A stretch of 64,000 bases of DNA from Azolla caroliniana (taxonomy: Eukaryota; Plantae; Polypodiophyta): NCBI GenBank assembly GCA_043228905.1, contig JBHGNT010000014.1:248001-312000 (forward strand). The letters run 5' to 3'. This document shows positions 24,251 to 37,700 of the stretch, piece by piece; the stretch's first letter is position 1, and every line of letters begins with the position of its first letter. Made by a program: the position numbers and the translations under genes. Below the pieces are notes generated by a model. It was not told the DNA's origin, did not search any database, and saw nothing but the letters and a program-made list of their open reading frames with translations.

Positions 24251-27200
24251 GGAACATTATATTTCTCCTCCACACACACTCATTATGTAAAGAGGCTCTG
24301 ATCTGACAGCAGAATGGTGCTTAGAGTTTGATGTGAGTCAATGCCTTCATTTTTTTCATTTCAGTAATATTTACCCACCTAATTCTTCCAGTGGCTCATA
24401 GACCGATGAACAAAGCTCTGTACCTGGCTATGCCTATTTATTTCTCTGGAACAGTGAGTATTGTTTCTTTGTAAGTGCCAGTTTATGGAAATTTCTCAGG
24501 AGTCTAGAGCATCTAATACCCAACAATAGAGTATATCATCAACCTATTTCATGAATAATGAAGTATGGTTTGATAACAAACATGATTTCATGGTGGTCAC
24601 TGGTTGGAAACCTGAAATTTCATTCAATATTGTAGCACAACTGTGGCAGCTCCCAAAGTAAATGGCGATATGCCAGGGTTTTACAGTAATGCAATGTAAT
24701 TCAATGATTAAATGAAGCTAAAATATCCAGTTGGGTCAATGAAATGTAAGTGTTCAGTGCAAAGGTAGCTTGCATTAGCACCACAAATTTTATAGCAATC
24801 AAAGATGCATTCTCATGGGTTAGATTGAGATTATCTTGATTTTTAATTGTTCCGATCTGTCTATTATGGATGGGTTCAAAAGTATTGGACCCATGATCAT
24901 CTCTCAGCTTAATTGTATGCACATGTGTCAGGGTAATCCCCTGCATATGTAACCAGGGGTGAAGATATGGCGCTTTAAAAGATATCTATAAGACTTAACT
25001 GTCTAATCCCGTACTACAGTTTTGTTATGTATAAATGTCTCTCCATGTCTTCAGATATTGCGAAAGAAGCGATCAAACTGATACTGATCTCTTCACTGCA
25101 TGATTTCTCGCGGAGTATGGTCTCTGAAGAATAGACCCATGTTTTGGCTGTGATGATCTCTAAACTGACACCAGCAATGGCGGAGATCGTGACAAATCCA
25201 TTCGAAAGAACAGCAGATTCAACAACTGGGCTGGCCACACCAAGTGATTTTGGAAAGACTTGGATCTTCATTTTTTGCTCGTAGGGAGGTCAAGGAAAGG
25301 TCCTTGGCCCACCTTCTGTCTAGACCATGTATGAATGATGCTGGTAGTGGCTGAGATGATGTGGGAAGGATTTCAAGCAACCCTACCAACCTCACCCCAT
25401 GAGGTGAACACTAGTGACGTGGGTTTAGGGTTTAGGAATTAGTCCCAACTGGGAACAAGTAGTCATCAACTGCGAAGGAAGCTTCATCAGTAACTACTCC
25501 TATTTTGCTTGTCCTCAAAAAGCCATGGCTTCCCCGATGTTGTTGATCCCGCCTTCGATTGTCAACATGTCGAGCTCCCATCCAAGTCAGATGAAGTTGC
25601 AAAAGGTGAAGTGTTTCTAGCAATCCCTGTGTTGTTGCCTCTAGGCATGTAGCCCTAACAGTTGTCCTCTACGCATTGCAGTTTTGACCCTTGAATGGCC
25701 ATGTTTGTTTTCATTTGACGTTTTCTCATGAGCGTGCTATGAAGTGGGACATCCAATATGAGTGCAATGGCCACAATGTATCATAGAGGTTTTGCTGATT
25801 TGTTAGCAATATAGAAAAGAATGGTGATGAAACTGAAACTTTTCTCGTTTCATGTGAATGACTATGAACTGAAATTATATGATATAAGTCCACAAAATAG
25901 CTAGACTTGATTCTAAACTACTTGATGCAAATGTGATTGAATGTAGAGTGATATACAAACTTGACATCTCAAGGAGAGGAGGCATGATAAAACAAGGATT
26001 ATATGATGTTTGAGATAGACATATTCAGCATGAGCAAAATTATGCCTGCCATGAGTAGCCTCATAAACGAAAATCCATATCTTCATTCTCTAACAATCCC
26101 TCAATCATTTATAACTGGATGTATAGCTTGGTAATAAGTTTGGAAACCTTGTATGAGAATCTAAAATATGGGAATGAATACAAACATCTTCATTATAGCG
26201 TTTGTTAGGACTACTTGCTGAGAAAACAGACATAAGAAATAGAAACGCATTGTTTAGAGAATACAAAGATATTTGGAGCTAATACGTACAATCTGCTATC
26301 AAAACATATATCCATTTTGTAGATGGATATGTTACTTGTCTTTTTCTTGGTGGAAACATGTTTTTAAGGAAAGCTAAGGATCAGTTTTAGATTCTTATGG
26401 AAAAGTTAGATATGACTCTTGAGAGGCCTTTGCAAGTTTCAGTCACCGAGTCATCCCATTGCATAATCTGGATTTAGACAACCAGGCCTTATAAATGTTG
26501 AATTGAGGATCAACACATTTGTACAGATTTTCTTTCCTTTTAATAGAAGTTATGCACATAACCTAATCAAATTTCCACCAAATTTTACTTTTACTTCCCA
26601 ATATCCATTGGACTGTCATTGCTATGGGCCACCCAACCTTTGGCTCAATACTTTTAAAAAATCCCACTTCTTTTCATCCTTTAGTTTGAATTCATTCAAA
26701 CCTTGGGCACGATGTCAAAACCCAGTTGGCCAAACAAATAATAATAAGAGAGCATTCAGCAATAAATACCAATTCAGTATAGAGATGGATCTAATCATTC
26801 TTGAGCAAGCAAACCAATCAAATAAAAAAACCTATGCTTTTGCACTCTTCTCGAGGTTCAATCAGTTATAATATAATGTGCTTTTGCCCACACAAGTGAG
26901 TTAATTGCTCTATTTAAAATTCTCAGATGGGAGTTAATTCAGGATACCATCTTTTTTATGAAATAAAGACATCAAATATCCAGGTGAACTTACATGCTAT
27001 AAGATGTATTAATAATAGTAAGGAAAGAAGTTATAAAATTTAGAAGGTAGGTACAAGTGTCTTACAAATCCTTTTTACCTCACTGAGCTGAATTGTTCCA
27101 AAAAAAATCAAATTTTGGGAGCAAAAGAACTATTTCATCATGGCACTCTAAAAGTTGTCATATAAAGGTGCTTTTAATGATGTAATTTAGGAAGGTCCCC

Positions 27201-27361
27201 GTTCATTAGCTTCTCCGTATTGTACATCAAGATATACGCTTGGCTACACCTTATCTTCGAAATGCATACCTAATTTCTATGCTATGAATTTTGATCAGGA
27301 ATGCCAAGCTCAAGGATTTTGCCTGAACTTTGAGAAAACAGATCTTGGCTTTCAACACAAG

Positions 27362-28561
27362 TCAGTCTTCAAAACTCAACTTTTCTTCATCAATTTCAAA
27401 CGCTTTACGTGCTCTCTTAAGTTCTTCATTCATAGCAAGCAGCTCCTTGACACGGCCAAATTTCCTTGGATCCTGTAAAAAAGCACACATGCACAGACAT
27501 AAGGTTACATGTCGGGGATCTCCAGCTAGTAGTGCTTATTCCCAATTCAGGCAATTATCTTGCACAACTGGCATTCCTTAACAGAATAAATATGTGAACA
27601 GACCATTGCAGTCTGGCAATAGTTTCACTTAAGCAGATATGAGTTAACATATCACAACATAAAGTATGTAGAAAAGTGTCATAAAAGTTAATGGGTATGA
27701 CCAGGGGAATGAAAGAAGATGTTTTACCTGACAGTGTACATGACACAACATAAATCATGTGGAAAAGTGAAATTAGTCTCCTTTTTAATCTCTCCCTCTC
27801 TCTAATCTAGACTATTTAGCTTATGGTTATGTTTTAACTTGTTTCTAGTTTTAATGTTAGTGATTAATCCCTCGTCTCTCTCTCTCTCCCCTTCCTCTAT
27901 CTCTTATTATGCCTCACTTACACCAAGTTTGTCAAATAATTTGGGTGTGCTCAAATTATTCTTGGTGTTACTTTTCACTTTATCCCCTCTTGCACTAAAC
28001 CCTTTTATCCTCTAAACCCTAAGCCCGAAACAAACACTAAACCCTAATTCTTAAACCCTAACCCTAAACCAAAACCAAAACCAAGACTCAAACCCTAATT
28101 CCTAAACCCTAAACCTTTTCTCTATAACTCTACATCTTACATATTGCACCCACCGATGGCCTACCGTCCGCACTCCTTGTTTCGACTTCACGGTCCAATT
28201 GATGTGAACCTGAGGAGTCAAAAAGAGTATTCTGGTGGTGAACACTTCTCTGACATAATTTCCTCTAGCTTACCATTCATGTGTTTACTGAAAACCTATA
28301 AATGTGTTGTGGTTCCAGAGTTTTTAGTGGAATAGTATAAGAGAATTGAAATAACTACAAGAGCGCTAGGGTTTGGGGACAACAAATGTATTTGGTTTAT
28401 TTTGATGTAATTTACAAACATTTGCTTGCCAAACATTCACATTTCCCGTAAAAACATAGTCTCGAAAATTGACCATGTGCTTGTCACTTACTTAAGCCTA
28501 AACATCATATACTATTTGAATGATAATATTTATTGTAGACTTTCTCATTTGGTATCACATT

Positions 28562-28614
<53 letters not shown>

Positions 28615-29536
28615 ACTCATAATGGCTTTCCTTTGCTATGATCTTGGTTTTTGGAAACTATCAAGCCCAAGGATTAACAACTCCAATGTAACATGCTGGA
28701 AGCATCTTGATTTGAAATAAGTGAAGTGATGAATAATCATAATTACCTTCCGCACAAGGAACATCAGGTCCTCTGTTGTAAGCTTCCCTCTTCTCGAAGC
28801 AATATCTTGAGCTTTATGTACCTGTCCACAGAAGAAAATATTAGAACTTGCCAATGCCATCTGAATGCATGAACCAGTAATTGTGTTTATCTAGATTAAG
28901 GTGAAATACTCACCATCTCTGTGACATAATCAATCAAGATGTCCTCGACCAAAGCAACAGTCTCAGGTAGAGGCTGCCATTAATGAAAGTAAAGACGTAA
29001 AAAAACAGATAAAGTATTAAACTATCTTCAATTTGCAAGTCTAGACTTGCCAATTATCATCATGTTACAGTATCAACAGAAAAGTGTTTCAGGGTAAAGA
29101 TATAAGAGTTCATTTTAAACTTATAAATTATTGAGACCAGCTTAATAGCAAAGATGGCTTACGTCAGGATCATCTCCAAATCCATACATCATCAGTCTCA
29201 CTAGTACACAATACAGAAGACGTCATTTGCAAGCTTGCAATATAATTTCAAAATGGTTTAAACAGAAGTAGGAAATATGCAAATGAAAAGAAAACGCAAA
29301 AAATGTACAAGTGTAAAGAACAGCTTTGAAGCGTCCAACTCATCCTAAAGATGTGCTGATCATTCATAATTGGGTGTCATAAAAGCTGAAAGTCAATTAC
29401 AGAAACTCTTACAATCCTTGGAAAAGATACCACGCTTCCTCTTTAGGGAGGCCTCTGATGCCTGATGAGAACCTGCACCAGATTTTGCTTTGGCATTGTT
29501 TGTCGCACCTCCACCAGCATTTGATGTGGATGCCAT
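27362..29536 (-). CDS. TAF13: TFIID subunit 13, 135 aa
   Basis: Exons 29536-29413, 29200-29163, 28973-28914, 28821-28747, 27472-27362 (408 nt, GT-AG). Histone fold KRKRGIFSKDLRLMMYGFGDDPDPLPETVALVEDI...RRGKLTTEDLMFLVRKDPRKFGRVKELL...ARKAFE. Confidence 0.95.
27995..28115. repeat. Degenerate telomeric (CCCTAAA-like) tract in TAF13 intron 4
   Basis: Multiple CTAAACCCT / CCCTAACCCTAAAC units. Confidence 0.8.
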
Positions 29537-30395
29537 GCCAAGCTAGCAATACATAAAAGGAAAATTTACAACAATGGTCTCCTCGCTTTCAGGTAAATGA
29601 TCAAATTAGGAGTGAATCTTTCTGGTGATTAAAAAAGCGAGTTGGCAAAGTTCGGAATAGATATTTTCAATTTTATGTTCATGGTGATCAATCCCCAATG
29701 CGGAAAGAAATTAAGACGCAGTACAGGCAAGTTTTAGGAGATGAAGAAACACGTTTAAACTGTATATACATTACATTTACTGATCAGTGCAAGAGATTTA
29801 GTTCTAGTAAACAAGTCTTTGCATTTAGGTAGTTGTTCGATGTTGCTTATGACTATGGAAGCAACAGGAAAGGAAAGGTCATTTACCTGTTCAATACAGA
29901 TTTGAGGAAGAAAACTCTGGGTGCCTCAATTTGACGAGCTGTGTCAACCACGATCGTGTGCCAATACAGATGACAGACCTTGGGGTCGAGATTTCTGTTG
30001 CTTCCAAATGCAAAAACAAGATCCTCAGAAAATAGATATGTCTATTCCATAACGGAAACACGAACCCTATTACGATGCTCAAACTATGGCAGAAATCAAT
30101 ATACATTCTCTTTGAAATTCTGGTGAAAGCTATTCTATTCTATAATGATGCTGAGATGTTGTTCCTCTAATTATTATTCTGCTATGCTCGAATATTGCAG
30201 GCCTGAATCAACCATGTCTGGAACTCTAGTCAACCATGTCGGGAAGGAGGGAGGGGGAGAAAGGGCATACCTTTTCAGTAGAAGAAGAGAGGAGAAAGGT
30301 GCGCCGCATCAGGAGTGCAGCAACAGGCAGGCAGACCATGGATGGATGGACGTACAGATCATAACGCACAGACACACAGAGAAAAACACAGAGAA

Positions 30396-30426
<31 letters not shown>

Positions 30427-31772
30427 TGAGGCGGGTTTTACCCCTCTGATTTGGTTTGGTTTGGTTTGATGTATTATTTCTTAGAGGAGGGGGGCTCGGC
30501 TTAAGCCTTAGATGTAAGTTTGTAACAATAGGCAACGGTTTGGTTTAAATGGTTTGAGTTTGACACCCTTGAACCAAACCGAACTGTTAGTTAGATGTGG
30601 GGGGGGGGGGGGGGGGGGGGTAGTGTGTCCGTTCATTCAACAAGAGAACAAGTGGACATTGGCGATGGCCGCCCATTCTGTCATGTATGCCAATCAATTT
30701 CGATTGTAGATTTTCGTCATCAGCCCATCTTCCTCCCAACAACACCCATCCTTCCCAGAATGAGGACTTCGTGATGCATATTGCATACACACACCCCTTG
30801 TGATGCATGTTCATATATATATATGTGTGTACATGCACGCATGAGGGTTTTCGGAATATGCTATTTGGGAATCGTTCAATTGATAAAGGAAGGACTAATG
30901 AGCCTAGATGTGGGCTCATGTGTTCATCGTCGCTCCATTCCTTTATTTGGAAAGGTTATGCACTATAGTAGTGTCAGTAGAAAATGTAGGCCACCAATAT
31001 ATTCACAACCCTGCCTGTTTTGGGACTTTATAGGTTCCCATATGCCCTCCCATCCTTTAATATTCATATTGGGGCTCAAACCAACAGTACATTGGGGTCA
31101 AGGGTCTCGATATATTCCACTTCAACCTATGTCAAACTTCAAGTAGCATTATCAAGGGTAGTTCAATGAGTGTTATTCGAGCAAGAATGTGTATTGTTTC
31201 ATTGGGAAACTACAAATTGCTTTTGACATCTTTTACCAATTCTTCCTAAATTTATCTCAGTGTGATGCATCGCCTCATCTCAAATAATGAACCACATAAA
31301 CCAAATAATTCATGCAATATCATGTACTTTATGTCATAAATATCTTTACGTTTAACATTGTAAACATCTCTTGTTACAATTATAAACAGGTGGAAGAAGC
31401 AAAACATCATAAAAACGCATTACATTACAAACGACAAAATTTGCAATAGAATGTAGGTTGCCACCATCCTAGATGATCTAGTGACAATTATACATGAATC
31501 ACCTTTCACTTTGTAAGAAAAAAGTTAGTTTTTAAGCTTCAAGGAGACTGGCCAGCCAGTCTTAAAAAATATAATAATGTGAAATCTCATTAAAAATGAA
31601 GCACAACCCATAATGAGGATAACAAAATCTCAAGAAATGTTACATTTTTTGTCTTAATCTTATCTTTAGATCTGATCTCACCTGAATATTATTTATGTCT
31701 ATATAAAAACTTTTTACTACACCAAGATGATATGCTCAATCATCATGGAGTGTGCATTACCGTCACATTCAA

Positions 31773-34700
31773 TCAAATCATCTCTCGGATATCATAACCT
31801 TGCAACTGCATAATTGAAAAACATTTGAATGACATCAGCTGCTGCCATATCAGCAATGTACATGCAGATAAACGTTAAAATACTAAGGAGATGGCCAATC
31901 TTTTTTATTTTAATCTTGTCTTTAAGTCGTTTCACTATATAAATTTAAGAGATGTGTGATTTTCCACGACCCAAGGCCTTAAAACCCCATATTAAGTTTG
32001 TTAGGTGAGCACAGTTGAGTCTCCACGGATACTTCTAAGCATATGAATCAGATGTAACATCATGTAGAGCTATAGATGACAAGAGACTGTATATAGTGGC
32101 CCCTCCATCTTATGATTTATAAAAAGTGATGATTCCTACTCTAGCAACTTCTCTGTCTCTCTCCTTGTACTTTAAAACTTTTAGGTGGTCGCTAGCTTAC
32201 AGAATTAATTACAGAACGGAGAACTTACCCGAAGAAATGTGAGCAGAAGCAGAACTCCCGAATTCCACAGCCCATGAACGATCATAGGTGTTAGTAAGTT
32301 TCCTGATTTTGCATATGAAAATCCTAAAACCACACCTATACAACCATATTGAAAAATAAATTCCCATAACACTAAATGTTTTATCTGCATTTCTCTTATT
32401 GAATGAATCTATGACGTCAAACAGAGATAGGCAATTCAATCAATCCATGAGATAAAGATAACCAAAATGTCTTACCCAATGCAAACAATTGCGGTATTTC
32501 ACCTGGTGTGAAATGTGCAAGAGCAAATGCACCTGCACTCAAGGCAACAGCAGCAGGAATTGGCATCCTGTACAGCAGGCATGCATTGTTTTTGAAAACA
32601 TAAAGATAAAAAAGATTAAAAGAGACAATGCTATAACTAGAATAAAATATATACCACTTTGTCAATGAAGTCATGAGAAATCCCCTGAAGACAGTCTCTT
32701 CCAAATAAGGAGCCAAAACCCCCGTAACAGCAAACAGTAGGGCCGTACTGAAGAAAGAACACGTGCAAGTCATATCTTGTAGTAATTGTTAATCTTAAGA
32801 AATTTCGAATTACCTTGTCCCCGATGACCCAATCAGTGGCAACAGCTGCAACAATGCATCTTGCCCCTGATAATCCAACCATCTTCAGGCAAGCATAAGT
32901 TGCAACCAGAATATGTATCATATTCTCCAACATCACTAACCTCCCGAGGCAATGGTGCACCATTTATATATGTAACAAGGGTCCCAGCAAGTAGCACAGC
33001 AGCAGCACCAGAAAATATGCCCACAACTCCCCATAGTAGCCATCCACGGTTTATATCAAATGGGTTCTTCCAATCTAATCCAGATTGTAAAATGCTGCAA
33101 TTACATTGTACTCTCAATTCCTCTCACAAACAAATTAGACACAGTATGTACATGGGACCAATCTCCAACATCTACCATAATAAAAAAGGTCGGGAGGAAG
33201 AGGCTTATAGCTCTTGATACATGAATTGACCACCGCTGTCCCTATTATGGTCTCCATGCTGCATATCACAGATGTGCACAAAATGTTATCCACAAACAAT
33301 TAAAAAGTGGATTTTTCGGTTGATGAACACTAACATTGATCCCAATAATCTTACAGCTGATTAAGAAAAACAAGAAGGGATTGTTCGTCGAATTCAAGTT
33401 GTCGTTGTTTAAATCCAAGGCGTGCATAAAGCAATGATATTCCAAGTCCTGTTATAAGAAAACTAGAATCACACACACACCAGTCAGTCCTGAAAACAAC
33501 CATTTCTGATAGTATACTTCCAGGTTTTACAACATAAATAGTAAGCATGATCATCAGTTAAATTTCAATAGTATTTCAAGGACCGTACATGCCTATACAG
33601 TTGTGTTCACTGGGATCACCAGTATTGTTTCTCCCTCAATCATATCTATTATCCATCTTTCTTTATAATGTGGACCATATTTACAGCATCAGAATTATGT
33701 AATGAATTCACCAGAACTCTCATTGCCACTATTCATAATGGCCATAATTCCAGGTCACTCTAGCAATACTATCATAGATTCTCAGAATATATTGCCATGT
33801 AAAGACTGCATCCTAAATTGTTTAATGAACAGGCATTGCTCATCAAACTATGACAGAACAGCCAGGTTTCATACAAAAACTAAGGTGCATTTCACCACTG
33901 CCATCAATAGAAGTAGCAAATTGAATCACTGATCTCCTTGAATGATTAATGACTACACTCTCTACAGGTCTCAAATTACAACTACAATCCTCCACGTAAG
34001 TCACATGCTTATAACCTCTGCCAAAGACAGTCCAAACATATCTAGTTCAACTGCATCTTGTTCGATTGCATCTTGCAGCAATATCTCAACCATTTATGAA
34101 ATCTATGAGTCCCTCTTCTTGCATATACCCCTGGATTGTTTTATTATTCAAACCAAAGATATCGAAAGATACATGCCCTTCACACAGTGATAGGGCAGGT
34201 TCAGATATCATCGACTGAGGATAGAGACTTCATGATACAGAGATAGAAATTTAGAGAGTTGCATCTGCCAGTTCTGCAATTAAGAAGTTGAACCTGAAGA
34301 ACAAAATATGTGTCATTTTCCAGTCTATGAAGACATCAGAGGAAGAAACCATTGCCTCCATATAGAAGGATTTGGACCTCTATACAGGGTGATAAAGTAT
34401 AGTGATCACAGATCCCTAATTCTCTAGAGATAAAGAAGCAGAAGAGCCTGTTAACTGATCCAGCTAGGAAGAGAATTTTGGCTGATTTTGTTCTCATGGA
34501 TACAACTAGGGACACTACTCACAGTTTACAAGAAAATTTTCTGGCGAAACTGGATTCATGACTCAGAGGTGAATGTTGCCAATGCAACCAAGATCATGAT
34601 TCTGACGCTCATATCTTAAAAATACCAAAGCCATCATCAGACGACACTGACAGTCTCCTCCTACTGATGACAACTTAACATCGATGGTCGTAATATTTGT

Positions 34701-37700
34701 CAAGTTTCATAGGCCATTATGGTGTTTTACAGGCATTAATATACTCTTCTTTCTTTCTCAATTTGGCAACTAGATTAGCTTTTCATTGAAGTTTTACATT
34801 TTCTTACTATTTTACCATTTTAAAATCCTCACCTACATGACAAGGGAAACTTCTTTGTAAAGATTGCTGGTTCCATGGGTCATGTTGGCCCTCAGGTGAT
34901 GTTAATATATAATGGTCGTCTCCCCCACCCCTTGTCAAAGAAGAGAGCCAAACAATCATAAAACAGGAAATAAATGTGTTCACAAAATAATTGCCATGTC
35001 TATCAAGGAGATTGTAATCTCAGCCTGGGACAAGCTTTTTCTGGTCATCCTGACACTTGCTCAGGTTACCTTTTATTGCCATTGAAACCTTCATTCCACA
35101 TCCCATTCATTACGACATCATCCACAAATGCTTCTATATAAGCCACTCCATGTTATGCGTTTTAACATATCTGGTACTTGTGGAGTACAAATAAAACAAT
35201 GAATGAAAATTTCGGGCATTGCACCTATCCCATAAAGATATCCAAATGGGCTCCTATGACGACAAATTTCTATTGCCTTACCTATTGAACCCCCAGAGAT
35301 GGTAATGCAAGTAAGACAAATATTATGGAGATAATAAATAAATCAGGTTACTATATGCCAGTGGGTATGTTCATTGTAATGACAAAACTAAGGATATTAG
35401 CACAAATGAGATAAGACCAGCTAGGCTGCTCAAGCATACATAAATATAGCAAAAAAGCAAGTAATCAATGTAAATCAGAGCACAACAAAAACAAGATGTG
35501 AGCCTATTCAAAACCATAAATCGGGCCAATCAGAATCAACCTTTATGGCATGGCCAGCAGCAGAAATAAAGAAACATTTAAATTTTTTAAAAGAAATATA
35601 TGCATAACAATAACAATTGAGATTACACAATAATATATTTTAATGCTTCTATATAAGCATCCCATGTTATGCGTTTTAACATATCTGGTACTTGTGGAGT
35701 ACAAATAAAACAATGAATGAAAATTTCGGGCATTGCACCTATCCCATAAAGATATCCAAATGGGCTCCTATGACGACAAATTTCTATTGCCTTACCTATT
35801 GAACCCCCAGAGATGGTAATGCAAGTAAGACAAATATTATGGAGATAATAAATAAATCAGGTTACTATATGCCAGTGGGTATGTTCATTGTAATGACAAA
35901 ACTAAGGATATTAGCACAAATGAGATAAGACCAGCTAGGCTGCTCAAGCATACATAAATATAGCAAAAAAGCAAGTAATCAATGTAAATCAGAGCACAAC
36001 AAAAACAAGATGTGAGCCTATTCAAAACCATAAATCGGGCCAATCAGAATCAACCTTTATGGCATGGCCAGCAGCAGAAATAAAGAAACATTTAAATTTT
36101 TTAAAAGAAATATATGCATAACAATAACAATTGAGATTACACAATAATATATTTTAATGCTTCTATATAAGCATCCCATGTTATGCGTTTTAACATATCT
36201 GGTACTTGTGGAGTACAAATAAAACAATGAATGAAAATTTCGGGCATTGCACCTATCCCATAAAGATATCCAAATGGGCTCCTATGACGACAAATTTCTA
36301 TTGCCTTACCTATTGAACCCCCAGAGATGGTAATGCAAGTAAGACAAATATTATGGAGATAATAAATAAATCAGGTTACTATATGCCAGTGGGTATGTTC
36401 ATTGTAATGACAAAACTAAGGATATTAGCACAAATGAGATAAGACCAGCTAGGCTGCTCAAGCATACATAAATATAGCAAAAAAGCAAGTAATCAATGTA
36501 AATCAGAGCACAACAAAAACAAGATGTGAGCCTATTCAAAACCATAAATCGGGCCAATCAGAATCAACCTTTATGGCATGGCCAGCAGCAGAAATAAAGA
36601 AACATTTAAATTTTTTAAAAGAAATATATGCATAACAATAACAATTGAGATTACACAATAATATATTTTAATGCTTCTATATAAGCATCCCATGTTATGC
36701 GTTTTAACATATCTGGTACTTGTGGAGTACAAATAAAACAATGAATGAAAATTTCGGGCATTGCACCTATCCCATAAAGATATCCAAATGGGCTCCTATG
36801 ACGACAAATTTCTATTGCCTTACCTATTGAACCCCCAGAGATGGTAATGCAAGTAAGACAAATATTATGGAGATAATAAATAAATCAGGTTACTATATGC
36901 CAGTGGGTATGTTCATTGTAATGACAAAACTAAGGATATTAGCACAAATGAGATAAGACCAGCTAGGCTGCTCAAGCATACATAAATATAGCAAAAAAGC
37001 AAGTAATCAATGTAAATCAGAGCACAACAAAAACAAGATGTGAGCCTATTCAAAACCATAAATCGGGCCAATCAGAATCAACCTTTATGGCATGGCCAGC
37101 AGCAGAAATAAAGAAACATTTAAATTTTTTAAAAGAAATATATGCATAACAATAACAATTGAGATTACACAATAATATATTTTAATGCTTCTATATAAGC
37201 ATCCCATGTTATGCGTTTTAACATATCTGGTACTTGTGGAGTACAAATAAAACAATGAATGAAAATTTCGGGCATTGCACCTATCCCATAAAGATATCCA
37301 AATGGGCTCCTATGACGACAAATTTCTATTGCCTTACCTATTGAACCCCCAGAGATGGTAATGCAAGTAAGACAAATATTATGGAGATAATAAATAAATC
37401 AGGTTACTATATGCCAGTGGGTATGTTCATTGTAATGACAAAACTAAGGATATTAGCACAAATGAGATAAGACCAGCTAGGCTGCTCAAGCATACATAAA
37501 TATAGCAAAAAAGCAAGTAATCAATGTAAATCAGAGCACAACAAAAACAAGATGTGAGCCTATTCAAAACCATAAATCGGGCCAATCAGAATCAACCTTT
37601 ATGGCATGGCCAGCAGCAGAAATAAAGAAACATTTAAATTTTTTAAAAGAAATATATGCATAACAATAACAATTGAGATTACACAATAATATATTTTAAT

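Noticed and set aside
25014-25700. Pseudogene or TE-coding fragment
   Set aside because: Looks slightly coding-like, but I could not assign any motif.
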